This document shows, piece by piece, positions 19,603 through 29,455 of a stretch of 64,000 bases of DNA (position 1 is the first letter of the stretch; the number at the start of each line of letters is the position of its first letter). The DNA lies in the IMG/VR virus record IMGVR_UViG_3300027282_000088, positions 1 through 64,000 of that record; one strand, written 5' to 3'. The position numbers were made by a program, and so were the translations under genes. Source of the stretch: a virus. Its lineage: Duplodnaviria; Caudoviricetes. The notes under the pieces are model-generated. The model was not told the DNA's origin. It was given only the letters and a program-made list of their open reading frames with translations, and ran no database searches.

Positions 19603-20694
19603 ATGACAAAACCGCTTCACATCTTCCGCGCTGGCCGCCACACCGCCCAATCCGGGCAGAGCCTCGACTTTTCCGAGGCCGAGGTTGAGGGCATCGCCGC
19701 CGCCTATGATCCCGCCCTCCATGAGGCCCCCATCGTCGTGGGCCATCCCCGCACCGATGCCCCGGCCTATGGCTGGGTCAAGAGCCTGCGCGCCGACGGC
19801 TCGGAGCTCTTTGCCGAGCCTGACCAGGTCGAACCCGCCTTCGCCGAGATGGTGCGCGCGGGCCGCTTCAAGCGCATTAGCGCCTGCTTCTATCCCCCCA
19901 AAGCCGCAGCAAACCCGAGCCCCGGCACCTACTACCTTAAGCATGTGGGCTTTCTGGGTGCCCAGCCCCCCGCCGTGAAAGGGCTGAAGGCCGCCGAGTT
20001 CGCCGAGGACGCCGAGGCCGTGACCCTAGAGATCGCCTTCTCAGAGGCGGAGGCCGACGCGCCTGCCGCCAGTTTCGCGGACGCCCTGAAAGGCGCGGTT
20101 TCCGCCGTCCTGTCCTGGGCACGCACGCCCGCAGGCCAAGACGCGCTCCGCCACGCCATCGACGTGCCCGAGGACGGACAAGCCCCCTTTGCAGAAACCC
20201 AAGAAGGAGAGACCGATATGTCCGGCAAGGACACGCCAACCCCCGAAGACCGCCAAGCCGCGCTCGACGCGCGCGAGGCCGAGATCGCCGCGAAAGAGGC
20301 GGCTTTCGCCGAGGCGCAGAGCACGACCCGCCGCGCCGAAGATGCCGCCCTCCTCGACGCCCTTGCCAAGGACGGGCGCATCGCGCCGGGCCTCAAGGAC
20401 GAAATGGCCGCGTTTATGGAAAGCCTCGATGCGCAAGACGAGGTGGCCTTTGCCGAAGGCAAGAGCGCCAGCCCGCGCGACTGGTTCCGCGACCTGCTCT
20501 CCAAACAGACCAAGCCGCTGATCGAATTCGGCGAGCGGGCGAGCGGTGATGCCACGCCGCAGGTCAAGGGGTCGGACGATATCACCGCCGCCGCCAAGCG
20601 TCTGATCAAGGACGCCGAGGCGGAGGGCCGCACGCTGAGCTTCGCCGAGGCCGCACGCCACATCGAGGCAACCATGGAGAGCGACAATGGCTAA
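19603..20694 (+). CDS. Prohead protease/scaffold (Mu gpI-like)
   Basis: HEAPIVVGHP, PAYGWV, LKHVGFLGAQPPAVKGL. Confidence 0.9.
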   Translation: MTKPLHIFRAGRHTAQSGQSLDFSEAEVEGIAAAYDPALHEAPIVVGHPRTDAPAYGWVKSLRADGSELFAEPDQVEPAFAEMVRAGRFKRISACFYPPKAAANPSPGTYYLKHVGFLGAQPPAVKGLKAAEFAEDAEAVTLEIAFSEAEADAPAASFADALKGAVSAVLSWARTPAGQDALRHAIDVPEDGQAPFAETQEGETDMSGKDTPTPEDRQAALDAREAEIAAKEAAFAEAQSTTRRAEDAALLDALAKDGRIAPGLKDEMAAFMESLDAQDEVAFAEGKSASPRDWFRDLLSKQTKPLIEFGERASGDATPQVKGSDDITAAAKRLIKDAEAEGRTLSFAEAARHIEATMESDNG

Positions 20695-21052
20695 TCCCGG
20701 ACTGTTCATCAAATCCTACGCCGCCGAGGCGGCAGTGCCCGGTCGCCGGATCGTCAAATTCGGCGCGGCTGGCGGCGTCCTTGTGGCCGCCTCCGCGACC
20801 AATCTCGCGATTGGCATCTCGGACCAGCTCGACGCGAAACTTGGCGATCTTCAGGACGTGATCATGTCCGGCTCCGCCGAGCTTGAGCTTGCAGGCACGG
20901 TCGCTGCAGGTGCCCCTGTCACGTCAAATGCCGCAGGTTTGGGCGTCGCAGCCGCCGCCGGGGCCGGAAACGTCGCCGTCGGCTACGCGCTGCAGGCCGG
21001 TGTCGCTGGCGACATCATCGATGTGGCGATTGCCCGCCACTCCGTCACCTGA
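20687..21052 (+). CDS. Capsid cement/decoration protein (DUF2190-like)
   Basis: Ala/Gly-rich 121 aa protein between protease and capsid. Confidence 0.72.
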   Translation: MANPGLFIKSYAAEAAVPGRRIVKFGAAGGVLVAASATNLAIGISDQLDAKLGDLQDVIMSGSAELELAGTVAAGAPVTSNAAGLGVAAAAGAGNVAVGYALQAGVAGDIIDVAIARHSVT

Positions 21053-21072
21053 TCCTCAAGGAGCGCTGATCA

Positions 21073-22032
21073 ATGAGCACACCCACCCCCTTCGTCGTCG
21101 ATCCGGTCCTGACCGCCATCGCCGTCAACTACCGCAACCCCGATATCTCGTTCATTGCTGACCAGGTGATGCCCCGCGTTCCGGTCATGGGCACGGATTT
21201 CAAATGGACCTATTTCCCGCCTGAACAGATGTTCACGGTGCCTGACACGGAAGTGGGCCGCAAAGGTCTGGTCCAACAGGTCGAGTTCACCGGCGAAGAG
21301 CGCACCTCCTCGGTCAAGGACTACGGTCTCGACGACGTGGTGCCGCAGCGCGACATCGATACTGCCCGCAGCCTGCGCGCCGCTGGCAACTCGGCCTTCG
21401 ATCCCGAGGCCCGCGCGGTCGAAGGCGTCACGCATCTGATCCAGCTCGACCGCGAAAAGCGCGTCGCGGCCATGGTGCAGGACGCCGCAAACTATGACGC
21501 CGACAAGAAAGTGGTGCTGTCGGGCGCGGGCCAGTTCAGCGATCCCGCCTCCGACCCTATCGGCGTGATCTCTGCTGCCCTCGACGCCACCTTCATCATG
21601 CGCCCGAACGTGGCCGCAATGGGCCGCAAGGCCTGGACGGCGCTCTCAACCCATCCCGATATCCTGAAGGCCATCAACCGCACGTCGGGCGACAAGGGCC
21701 GCGCCAGCCGCGAGGCGGTGGCAGAGCTGTTCGAGCTGTCGGAAATCCTCGTGGGCGACAGCTACATCAACTCAGCCCGCAAAGGGCAAACGGCCGCTTT
21801 TGAGAAGGTCTGGGGCGGCAATATCGCCCTGATCCACCGCAACATGCAGGCAGGCCCCGACGGCACCGCCCCCGCATGGGGCTGGACCGCACAGTTCGAT
21901 GGCCGCGTCTCGGGGCGCTTCTTCGACCCCAAGGTCGGTCTAAAAGGGGCCACCACGCTGCGCGTGGGCGAGCAGCTCCGCGAAGTCATCGCGGCCCCCG
22001 CCACCGGCTATCTGATCGAGGACGCAGCATGA
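21073..22032 (+). CDS. Major capsid protein
   Basis: DPVLTAIAVNYRN start; position; strongly conserved in prophage 2. Confidence 0.85.
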   Translation: MSTPTPFVVDPVLTAIAVNYRNPDISFIADQVMPRVPVMGTDFKWTYFPPEQMFTVPDTEVGRKGLVQQVEFTGEERTSSVKDYGLDDVVPQRDIDTARSLRAAGNSAFDPEARAVEGVTHLIQLDREKRVAAMVQDAANYDADKKVVLSGAGQFSDPASDPIGVISAALDATFIMRPNVAAMGRKAWTALSTHPDILKAINRTSGDKGRASREAVAELFELSEILVGDSYINSARKGQTAAFEKVWGGNIALIHRNMQAGPDGTAPAWGWTAQFDGRVSGRFFDPKVGLKGATTLRVGEQLREVIAAPATGYLIEDAA

Positions 22033-22385
22033 GCTATCGCATCAAACGCACTGTGATCGCGGCCAAACGGCTGGAGATCGGCGACCAGGTAAACGCCAAG
22101 GATATCGGCACCGAGGCGCAGGTTGCGCGCCTCCTCGCCCTGGGCGCAATCGAAAAGGCCGGAGACGAGGCGGGAACCGTGACCCCACTCGAGATGGACG
22201 ACGCACTGCGCGCGGCCTTGACCAATGCCATCAACGACCTGCCCGGCGACGCCTTCGACAAGAGCGGCAAGCCTAAGGTCAAGGCGTTGCAGGACGCAGC
22301 CCCCAGCATCGCCGACCGGATCACCGCAGCCGCGCGGGATACCGTCTGGGCTGAGATGCAGGCCGCCGCCAACGCGGCCACCTGA
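22029..22385 (+). CDS. Head-associated hypothetical protein
   Basis: FDKSGKPKVKAL motif; homologue at 62939-63295. Confidence 0.65.
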   Translation: MSYRIKRTVIAAKRLEIGDQVNAKDIGTEAQVARLLALGAIEKAGDEAGTVTPLEMDDALRAALTNAINDLPGDAFDKSGKPKVKALQDAAPSIADRITAAARDTVWAEMQAAANAAT

Positions 22386-22419
22386 GAATACCCCCGAGGG
22401 GACGCCGCCTAGGATCAGG

Positions 22420-22445
22420 CGTGACAGCCGGGAGAGACCGGCACC
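22420..22445 (+). other. Conserved 26-bp hairpin element (GCCGG-GAGAGA-CCGGC)
   Basis: Identical copy at 63422-63447 within otherwise unrelated intergenic DNA. Confidence 0.6.
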
Positions 22446-22469
22446 CAAACAACGGACCCGGAGGCGGAC

Positions 22470-22895
22470 ATGCCCTATCTTTTGCCCAGCGACATGATCG
22501 ACCGCTACGGCGAGGGGTTTCTCGCCCAAGTCACTGCGCGTGACACAATGCCCGGGGTGATCGACACGGCGGCGCTGCAGGTGGCCGTCGACGATGCCGT
22601 CTCCGTCGCCGAGAGCTATGTCGCGGGGCTTTATGATACGTCCAACCCACCGCGTGCGCTCACCATGCACGCCGCCGCGATTGCCTGGTATCGGCTTCTC
22701 GGCGCGCGGGCCGCTGCCTTTGACGGGGCCAAGGAAGGCTATGAGGACGCCGTCAGTTTTCTGCGGCAGGTGCGCAAGGGCGAGGCCTCGCTCGGCGACG
22801 AGACGCCCGGGGACACTGTGCGGGGCAACCCCCAGCTTCCGCAGATCAGCGCGCCGGAGGGCACCTTCAGCCGCGACAGCCTGAAAGGGTTTTGA
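22470..22895 (+). CDS. Head-tail connector (Mu gp36 / DUF1320-like)
   Basis: AIAWYRL, YEDAVSFLRQVRKG motif. Confidence 0.82.
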   Translation: MPYLLPSDMIDRYGEGFLAQVTARDTMPGVIDTAALQVAVDDAVSVAESYVAGLYDTSNPPRALTMHAAAIAWYRLLGARAAAFDGAKEGYEDAVSFLRQVRKGEASLGDETPGDTVRGNPQLPQISAPEGTFSRDSLKGF

Positions 22896-22896
22896 A

Positions 22897-23328
22897 ATGA
22901 TCGGCGACGTCATCACCCGGATCGAGGCTGAGGTGCCCGAGCTTGCCGGTCGTGTCGACGGCGGGCGCGCCTTTGTCGATCTGATCCGCTCCAAGAAGCT
23001 GCCCGCGCAATCGGTCGCGGCCTACGTCTTTCCCTCCGGCATGCAGGGCGGGCGCGCCGATGCCGCGGCGGGCGTCTACAGCCAGATGCTGACCTATCGC
23101 ACGAGCGTGGTGATCTTCGTGCAATCCTTTGACCGCACGGGGGCCACCGCCCTCGACAAGATCGACCAGTTCCTGATGCGCGTGATCCGCGCCTTGGCGG
23201 GCTGGGCACCGGGTGACGAGGTCGGCGTGCACCGTTTTGAGCGTGGCCAGCTCATCGAGAGCGGGGCCGGTCGCCTCGCCTATCAACTCGATTTCTCCAT
23301 CGACGATCAACTGAGGATCATCTCATGA
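22897..23328 (+). CDS. Tail terminator-like protein (Mu gp37-like position)
   Basis: Size, position, ALAGWAPG motif. Confidence 0.65.
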   Translation: MIGDVITRIEAEVPELAGRVDGGRAFVDLIRSKKLPAQSVAAYVFPSGMQGGRADAAAGVYSQMLTYRTSVVIFVQSFDRTGATALDKIDQFLMRVIRALAGWAPGDEVGVHRFERGQLIESGAGRLAYQLDFSIDDQLRIIS

Positions 23329-23450
23329 CCAAACTTCCCACCTCCGGCGGATCCTACACCCGCGACGACAAGGGCGCGCTGAAACCTGCCGGGGCCAGCC
23401 CCAAGCCCACGTCCGCGCCCAAATCTGACAAGAAGGATGCCGACAAATGA
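23325..23450 (+). CDS. 41-aa basic protein (not in ORF track)
   Basis: MTKLPTSGGSYTRDDKGALKP...; overlaps upstream stop and downstream start. Confidence 0.6.
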   Translation: MTKLPTSGGSYTRDDKGALKPAGASPKPTSAPKSDKKDADK

Positions 23451-24382
23451 GCCTGCTCTGGAGACGCAAAGTCCTGCTCGCGAAGCTGGAAACCACCTAT
23501 GGAACGGACGCCACCCCTACTGGCGGCGACGCAATCCTCGCGACCGATGTGCGCCTGTCGCCGATGCAGGGTCAGGATCTCGACCGCAATCTCGACACGC
23601 CGCACGGCGGGCCCACCGGCACGATCCCGGTCGATCTGCACCGCACCATCTCGTTCAAGGTCGAACTGGCAGGCTCCGGCACCGCCGGAACCGCGCCCCG
23701 CTGGGGCCGCCTCCTGCGGGCCTGTGGCTGTGCCGAGACCGTGACGGCGGCGACGTCTGTGGTCTACAATCGGGTTTACTCGAACCTTGAGAGCGTCACG
23801 CTGCACCTCAATATCGGCGGCACGCTCTACGCCATGGTGGGGGTGCGCGGGACCGCCGCCTTTGACGTCTCGGCCTCGGGCATTCCCTATATCGAGTTCG
23901 AGTTCACCGCCCTCTACGTGGCCCCGGCCGACGTGGCGATCCCGACCCCAGATTTCACCGGCATTCCCGATCCGCTCGCGGCCTCGGATGCCAACACGCC
24001 CACCTTCACGATTGATGAGACGTCGCTTGTGATGCGGAGCTTCAAGCTCACCCTCGCCAATCGCGTCGAGGCGCAATTCCTGATCGGTGAGGAGGAAGTG
24101 CTACTCGACGGGCATGAGAACACCGTCGAGGCGCGGGTGCGTGCCGTGGCGCTGGCCACGTTCAACCCGTTCACCATGGCCGCCACCAAAGCCAAGGTCG
24201 CGCTCGAGATCGAGCACGGCAAGACGGCAGGCAACATCGTCAATATCGCCGCCCCGAATGCGCAGATGCAGCGTCCTGAAGGGCTTGAGGACGGTCAGGG
24301 TCGCAAGGAGTGGCCGCTGCGCCTTGTGCCGCTGCCCACCACCGCTACCGCTGCCGACCAGTGGACGATGACGCTCACCTGA
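23447..24382 (+). CDS. Major tail tube protein (non-contractile tail)
   Basis: KVLLAKLETTYGTD start, beta-rich; no sheath gene present. Confidence 0.8.
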   Translation: MSLLWRRKVLLAKLETTYGTDATPTGGDAILATDVRLSPMQGQDLDRNLDTPHGGPTGTIPVDLHRTISFKVELAGSGTAGTAPRWGRLLRACGCAETVTAATSVVYNRVYSNLESVTLHLNIGGTLYAMVGVRGTAAFDVSASGIPYIEFEFTALYVAPADVAIPTPDFTGIPDPLAASDANTPTFTIDETSLVMRSFKLTLANRVEAQFLIGEEEVLLDGHENTVEARVRAVALATFNPFTMAATKAKVALEIEHGKTAGNIVNIAAPNAQMQRPEGLEDGQGRKEWPLRLVPLPTTATAADQWTMTLT

Positions 24383-24430
24383 GGGGCTTTAACGCGCCCT
24401 TCAACGCCACTTTGAAAGAGAGTTTACCCC

Positions 24431-24760
24431 ATGTTCAAGATCGACCCGACCCCGGCCTTTACCCACCGCGTCGAGATCAAGGTGCCCACCGACGGGGGCC
24501 ATGACTTGCAGGACCTGCAAGTCACGTTCCGCGTGCTGCCCGACGATGAAATCGAGGCTTTCGACATGCGCACCACACGCGGTGAGCGGGAATTTCTAGC
24601 GGCGGCCGTGGTGGGCTTTGACGACGTCGAAGACGAGAAGGGCAAGACGCTGCCCTACAGCCACAGCCTGCGCGACCGGCTGATCGGTCTGGCCTATGTC
24701 CGCGTCGCCCTGGTCAATGCCTATCACGCGGCGCTCATGGGGAAGCGGGTAAAAAACTGA
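24431..24760 (+). CDS. Tail assembly chaperone (gpG-like)
   Basis: Between tube and tape measure; ends at slippery A AAA AAC TGA. Confidence 0.8.
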   Translation: MFKIDPTPAFTHRVEIKVPTDGGHDLQDLQVTFRVLPDDEIEAFDMRTTRGEREFLAAAVVGFDDVEDEKGKTLPYSHSLRDRLIGLAYVRVALVNAYHAALMGKRVKN

Positions 24761-25119
24761 AATGGGCCGGGCGGGCATGGGCGCGCGGCGACCTGATCGC
24801 TGATGACCAGGGCAGCGACCATGATGACGAGGCGGCGTTCTGGGGGATCGACCCGGGCCAGCTCACTCGCGATCCGTCCGGCTCTGGCACTGGCACTGGC
24901 ATCTGGCCGCAAAACGTCCCGGTCGTTCGGGCCTTCCTCGCGGTCTGCAATCAATGGCGCACTGTCTCGGCCGGGCTGGCCGGTTTCCGGGTCGTGGGCC
25001 TCGACTACACCGCTGCACGGGCGGGCCTGCGCATGAGCGGGATACGGATCACGCCCCAACTTTGGGCCGAGGTACAGGTGATCGAAAGCGCGGCCGTGGC
25101 CGCGATGCGGGAGAGCTGA
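24751..25119 (+). CDS. -1 frameshift extension of tail chaperone (gpGT / DUF1799-like)
   Basis: -1 frame open from heptamer 24751-24757 to TGA 25117-25119: ...IWPQNVPVVRAFLAVCNQWR...GLDYTAA... Confidence 0.8.
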   Translation, partial: KKLKWAGRAWARGDLIADDQGSDHDDEAAFWGIDPGQLTRDPSGSGTGTGIWPQNVPVVRAFLAVCNQWRTVSAGLAGFRVVGLDYTAARAGLRMSGIRITPQLWAEVQVIESAAVAAMRES

Positions 25120-25120
25120 C

Positions 25121-27730
25121 ATGACATTGGTCGCACGGGCCGAAATCCTCATGGACGCCGACCAGGCGAAGGCGGAGCTGCAGGCAACCGGCACCGCCGC
25201 CAAAGGGGCCGCCCAAGACATTCGCGGCGTGGGCACCCAAGGGGCCAATGCAGCGCGCGGTGTGAAACAACTCGAGACCGCCGCGCGGACCTCGGCAACG
25301 GGCCTGACCGCTGCCAGTTCCGCTGCGAATGTCAACACTGCTGCAACTCAGAAAATGGCCTCGGCCAATCGCCTTGCCGCAGGCTCGATGGGCAACCTGG
25401 TGGCGCAGGGCAATGACGTCTTCGTCATGCTGGCAGCGGGGCAGAACCCGCTGACACTGGCTATCCAGCAGGGCACGCAGATCACTCAAGTCATAGGCCC
25501 GCTCGGGGCTGCAGGCGCGTTCCGGGCTTTGGGCGGCGCGGTTCTTGCGATGCTGAGCCCCATTAATCTGATCACCATCGGCGCGCTCGCGGCGACGGCT
25601 ACCGTGGTCAACTGGTTCATGTCATCGTCAGAAGAGGCCGAGAGCTTCGCGGACAGCGTTGAAGCGCTCGAGACCCGCATCGACAGCCTGAAGGACAAGA
25701 TCGCCGAGGCCTCTGCCACCCGGCTGGAGCTGGCCGACCGGTTTGGTGAAGGCTTCGTTGACCGCGCGCAGGACATTCTCGACCGCATCGTCGAGGCAGA
25801 AAAGCGCGCGGCACAGCGCGAGGCGGCGTCAAATATCGGCTCGTTTGTCGGCGAGACGGGCATAAACCCCTCGCGTGGCGTCGGATTTAACCGCCGTGCC
25901 ATCGAAGACGAATTCGACTTCGGCGGCATTATCCGAGACCGAAGCGTATTTGACGAACAACGCAGGCTTGCGGAAGCCGTCGCAGAGGACCTGATCGCGC
26001 TGCAGGACGCCGCTGGCGGGACAATTGAACAGCAGCAAGGCGCCATTGAGGCGCTCATTCTAAGCTACACCGCCGCCGCCGAAGCGGTGGGGACAATATC
26101 CGAGGCAGAAGAAGCCCGACTTCTGACACTTGACCAGATGCGTATCCGCTTGGCCGAAGTCGCCGAGCTTCAATCGCAAAACCCTGAGGACAACCGCCAG
26201 TCCGAGGAAATGCTGACCTTCCTCGACCTGGTGACCAAAAGCACCGGCGAGCAGCTGAAGGCCGAGGCGGCGGCGCAGGCCATGCTTTTGACGCTGACCG
26301 AGCAGAATGCGGTCGCGGAGGCTATCGCCCGGACCGGCGCGGACAGCGTCGAAGTCTCGCGCCTACGCGCGCAGTTCGCCCTCAACGCCAAGCTGGAGGA
26401 GATCGCGGCTTCGGACGCAAGCGAGGCAACCAAGGAGGCACTGCGCGAGGCGGCTGAAGCTGCATTTGATCTGTCGACGGTAGATGTTTCCGGCGCGTTG
26501 AACGCCGCCGCAAATGAGGCAGCCCGCCTCTCGGCCGAGGTGCGCGGCGCTGTCGACGCAATGTTCGACCTGCAATCTCAAGGGCAGGCCCAGCTTGAGA
26601 CCGCGCGTATCCGTGCCGAGTTCCGCGACGACCCTGTTGGACGTGCGGGGGCCTTGGCCGGTGCACGTTTTGACAGAGACACACAACCACTTCGCCGCGA
26701 CGGCTTTGCGAACGCCGGGGAGGAAGCCTTTCTCAACAGCCAACGGCAAGCCGCCATCGAGCAGGCCCGCGAAATTGCGCGCCTCAACGAGCAGGCCCGA
26801 CCCACGCGGTCCGGCAGCGGCGCGCGGGGCACATCGACCAACGAGACCCTGCGCGAACAGCAGGCCCTTGACCGGCTGATCGCATCCAAACAGCGCGAGA
26901 TAGAGGCCCTGCGCGAAAGCGATCCGGTGCAGCGCGAGATGATCCGCTTGCGTGAACGCCTGACCGCCGCGACGCCAAAGCAACGTGCGGAGATCGAGGC
27001 TCTCGTCGAGGCCCATGAAAACGAGCGCGTCGCCATGGAGCGCAAGGAGGAATTCGGCAACGCCGTCGACGACGTGCTGCTCGAGGCCGAAAGCCTCCGG
27101 GACGTCTGGGAGGGGATCGGCGACATGATCATCCGCGCGGCCAAGGAAGCGCTCATCCTCGGCTCTGGCCCGCTGTCCGGTCTCTTTGGGGGCAGCGGCG
27201 GCGGCGGTCTCCTGAGCGGGATCTTCGGCGGCGGCGGGCTTGGCGATCTCTTTGACCTTTTCTCGGGAGGCTCGCTGCTCTCCTTCGCCAATGGCGGCCT
27301 GCCCGGCTTTGCCAGCGGCGGCGATCCTCTTGTCACCCGTCCCGGCCTCCTCTTGGGCGCAGGCACGGGCCGGGGCGACCGTATTCGCGCGATGGTGAGT
27401 GCCGGGGAATTCATCATGACGGCCGAGGCCACAGCGCGCAACCGCGCGGTGCTCGAGGCCATGAACGCAGGCGCGATCATTCCGGGCTTTGCCGGGGGCG
27501 GCCTGCCCCTGCCTGTGCAGGCTGCGGGCGCAGCGCCGGCAAGAGGTGGCGGCGCGGGCGCTTCGGCGGAGGGCATGACACGCCTGCGGATCGAGCCGTC
27601 GGACCTGTTCCGTGTCGTCGTCGAGGACCGCGCGCGGGACGTGGCCGTGGACGTAGTCGACAACTTTTCAAACGAGCAGCTGCCGCTCCGGGTCGAGACG
27701 ATCCGGCGCGACCCGCTGGGGAGGGGATAA
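25121..27730 (+). CDS. Tape measure protein
   Basis: AGQNPLTLAIQQGTQI motif, long Ala-rich helical protein, C-terminal FASGG/GEFIM. Confidence 0.9.
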   Translation: MTLVARAEILMDADQAKAELQATGTAAKGAAQDIRGVGTQGANAARGVKQLETAARTSATGLTAASSAANVNTAATQKMASANRLAAGSMGNLVAQGNDVFVMLAAGQNPLTLAIQQGTQITQVIGPLGAAGAFRALGGAVLAMLSPINLITIGALAATATVVNWFMSSSEEAESFADSVEALETRIDSLKDKIAEASATRLELADRFGEGFVDRAQDILDRIVEAEKRAAQREAASNIGSFVGETGINPSRGVGFNRRAIEDEFDFGGIIRDRSVFDEQRRLAEAVAEDLIALQDAAGGTIEQQQGAIEALILSYTAAAEAVGTISEAEEARLLTLDQMRIRLAEVAELQSQNPEDNRQSEEMLTFLDLVTKSTGEQLKAEAAAQAMLLTLTEQNAVAEAIARTGADSVEVSRLRAQFALNAKLEEIAASDASEATKEALREAAEAAFDLSTVDVSGALNAAANEAARLSAEVRGAVDAMFDLQSQGQAQLETARIRAEFRDDPVGRAGALAGARFDRDTQPLRRDGFANAGEEAFLNSQRQAAIEQAREIARLNEQARPTRSGSGARGTSTNETLREQQALDRLIASKQREIEALRESDPVQREMIRLRERLTAATPKQRAEIEALVEAHENERVAMERKEEFGNAVDDVLLEAESLRDVWEGIGDMIIRAAKEALILGSGPLSGLFGGSGGGGLLSGIFGGGGLGDLFDLFSGGSLLSFANGGLPGFASGGDPLVTRPGLLLGAGTGRGDRIRAMVSAGEFIMTAEATARNRAVLEAMNAGAIIPGFAGGGLPLPVQAAGAAPARGGGAGASAEGMTRLRIEPSDLFRVVVEDRARDVAVDVVDNFSNEQLPLRVETIRRDPLGRG

Positions 27731-28401
27731 TGGCGGTCCAGGTTTGGCCCATTCCGACGTCTGGATTTTTCGACCTCTTGGGGATCGAAGAGGCCACCTT
27801 TTATCTGCCGGGCGACAGCACAAGCTCTGTCACGGCCGGGGGCGAGGTCATCACCCATCGGCGAGGGGCACGGCTCTGGCAGGGCGAGGTCGTTCTGGGC
27901 AAGTCGGAGCCCGACGTGATCGCGGCGCAAGACGCGCTGATCGAGCACCTGCTCGAGCCGGGGGCGTCCTTTATGATCTATGACCGCCGTCAATTCGCGC
28001 CCCAAGACCCCGCCTATCCGGCAGGCATCAACTGGGCCGCGCAACCGGTCACGATCAAGAGCCTCGTGCCCGGCAACCGCGAACTGAGCCTGCAAGGCCT
28101 GCCGCCGAACTTCACCCTGCGGCGCGGGCAGAAAATCGGGTTTCAGTATCTGACGAGCCCCGTCCGATATAACGTCCACCGCATTCTCAATGCGACCGTC
28201 ACGGCGGATAGCACCGGGGCGACTGCCCGGTTCGAGGTGTCCCCCTTCCTGCGACCCGGCGTCGTGGTCGGGGCCTCAGTGGTCGTTGATCGCCCGCAGG
28301 CGCGGGCAAAACTACTCAGCTTCAAACCGGGACCGGGGCGCTCGCGCCGCACCGAGGGCGGCAGCTTCACCTGGCAACAGACGCTGGGGGGCGGCGTATG
28401 A
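27730..28401 (+). CDS. Distal tail-like protein
   Basis: Position after tape measure; beta-rich. Confidence 0.6.
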   Translation: MAVQVWPIPTSGFFDLLGIEEATFYLPGDSTSSVTAGGEVITHRRGARLWQGEVVLGKSEPDVIAAQDALIEHLLEPGASFMIYDRRQFAPQDPAYPAGINWAAQPVTIKSLVPGNRELSLQGLPPNFTLRRGQKIGFQYLTSPVRYNVHRILNATVTADSTGATARFEVSPFLRPGVVVGASVVVDRPQARAKLLSFKPGPGRSRRTEGGSFTWQQTLGGGV

Positions 28402-29057
28402 GCTTTGATCTCGCGCAGACAGATCAGTTGGCCGAGCGCAGCGGCACGGATGCGCATATCCTCGTGTTGATCGAGCCACGCGACCGGGTCACGGGCGAGA
28501 TCGTCCAGATGGGGCTCTGGACAGGGGACGATCACCAGACCTTTAGCGTCGACGGCGAAACCCATCTCTTTCTGGGCGCGGGCAATGTGATCGAGGTGCC
28601 GCCGATCCGCGCCGGGATTGGCCTTGAGGTACGCCGCAACCGGGTCATCCTGCCGCCAATGACGGATGCCGCAAAGCTCGCCTTGCAGGTCTATCAGGCC
28701 TCACAGGCGCGGGTGCGGGTCTGGTCACAGCCGATGGATATCTACACCGGCGCGCCGTTGGGCACGCCACAGCGCGTCATCAAGGGATGGTTAGAGACGG
28801 CACCGGAGACGCTGGGCAAGCTCGGCGATCAGTCGCGCACGGAGCTGGTGATTTCCTCGGCCGCGCGGCGGCTTACGTTTCGCCAGCCTCTCTTCAAATC
28901 TGACGCGGCACAACGGTTGCGCGACCCGGCCGACAGGTTCCGCGAATATGCCGCCAGCATCGCCGACCGCCCGATCCCATGGGGTCAGGAAACGGTCGTG
29001 ACCGAGATCCCGCCAGCGCCACCGCCCTTGAACGTGGACGGAGACAACCGGCGATGA
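28398..29057 (+). CDS. Minor tail/hub protein
   Basis: Position; SDAAQRLRDPADRFREY motif. Confidence 0.6.
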   Translation: MSFDLAQTDQLAERSGTDAHILVLIEPRDRVTGEIVQMGLWTGDDHQTFSVDGETHLFLGAGNVIEVPPIRAGIGLEVRRNRVILPPMTDAAKLALQVYQASQARVRVWSQPMDIYTGAPLGTPQRVIKGWLETAPETLGKLGDQSRTELVISSAARRLTFRQPLFKSDAAQRLRDPADRFREYAASIADRPIPWGQETVVTEIPPAPPPLNVDGDNRR

Positions 29058-29455
29058 CGGGACGCGTGCATCTTCTGCGGCAATTCCTCGACGCCCGGCG
29101 CGCGGTAGCATTCCGGCCGAGCCTGTCCGACTGCGCAATGTTCGCGGCCGACTGGATCGCCGTGCTGACCGGGCAGGATCCGGCCGCACGGTGGCGCGGG
29201 CGCTATCGCAGCATTGAGGAGGGTCGCACGCTTCTAGCCGCCGACGGGTTCGCGTCGCCCGCCGAGGTTCTGGCACCGATCCTGTTGCCGGGCGCAGGCT
29301 GGATGCAGGCGCAGACCGGCGACGTGGCCGTGCTGATCGAGGCAGGCGAGGAGGTCATGGGCATCATCGGTGGCGGTCATATTCACGCACTGCGTCCCGG
29401 TCGCGGCCTTGGCGCTGCCCCACTAAATCGCGCCATCCGGATTTATCGGCCATGA
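29054..29455 (+). CDS. NlpC/P60-like tail-associated protein
   Basis: DCAMFAADW...TGQDPAARWRGRY motif. Confidence 0.7.
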   Translation: MTGRVHLLRQFLDARRAVAFRPSLSDCAMFAADWIAVLTGQDPAARWRGRYRSIEEGRTLLAADGFASPAEVLAPILLPGAGWMQAQTGDVAVLIEAGEEVMGIIGGGHIHALRPGRGLGAAPLNRAIRIYRP

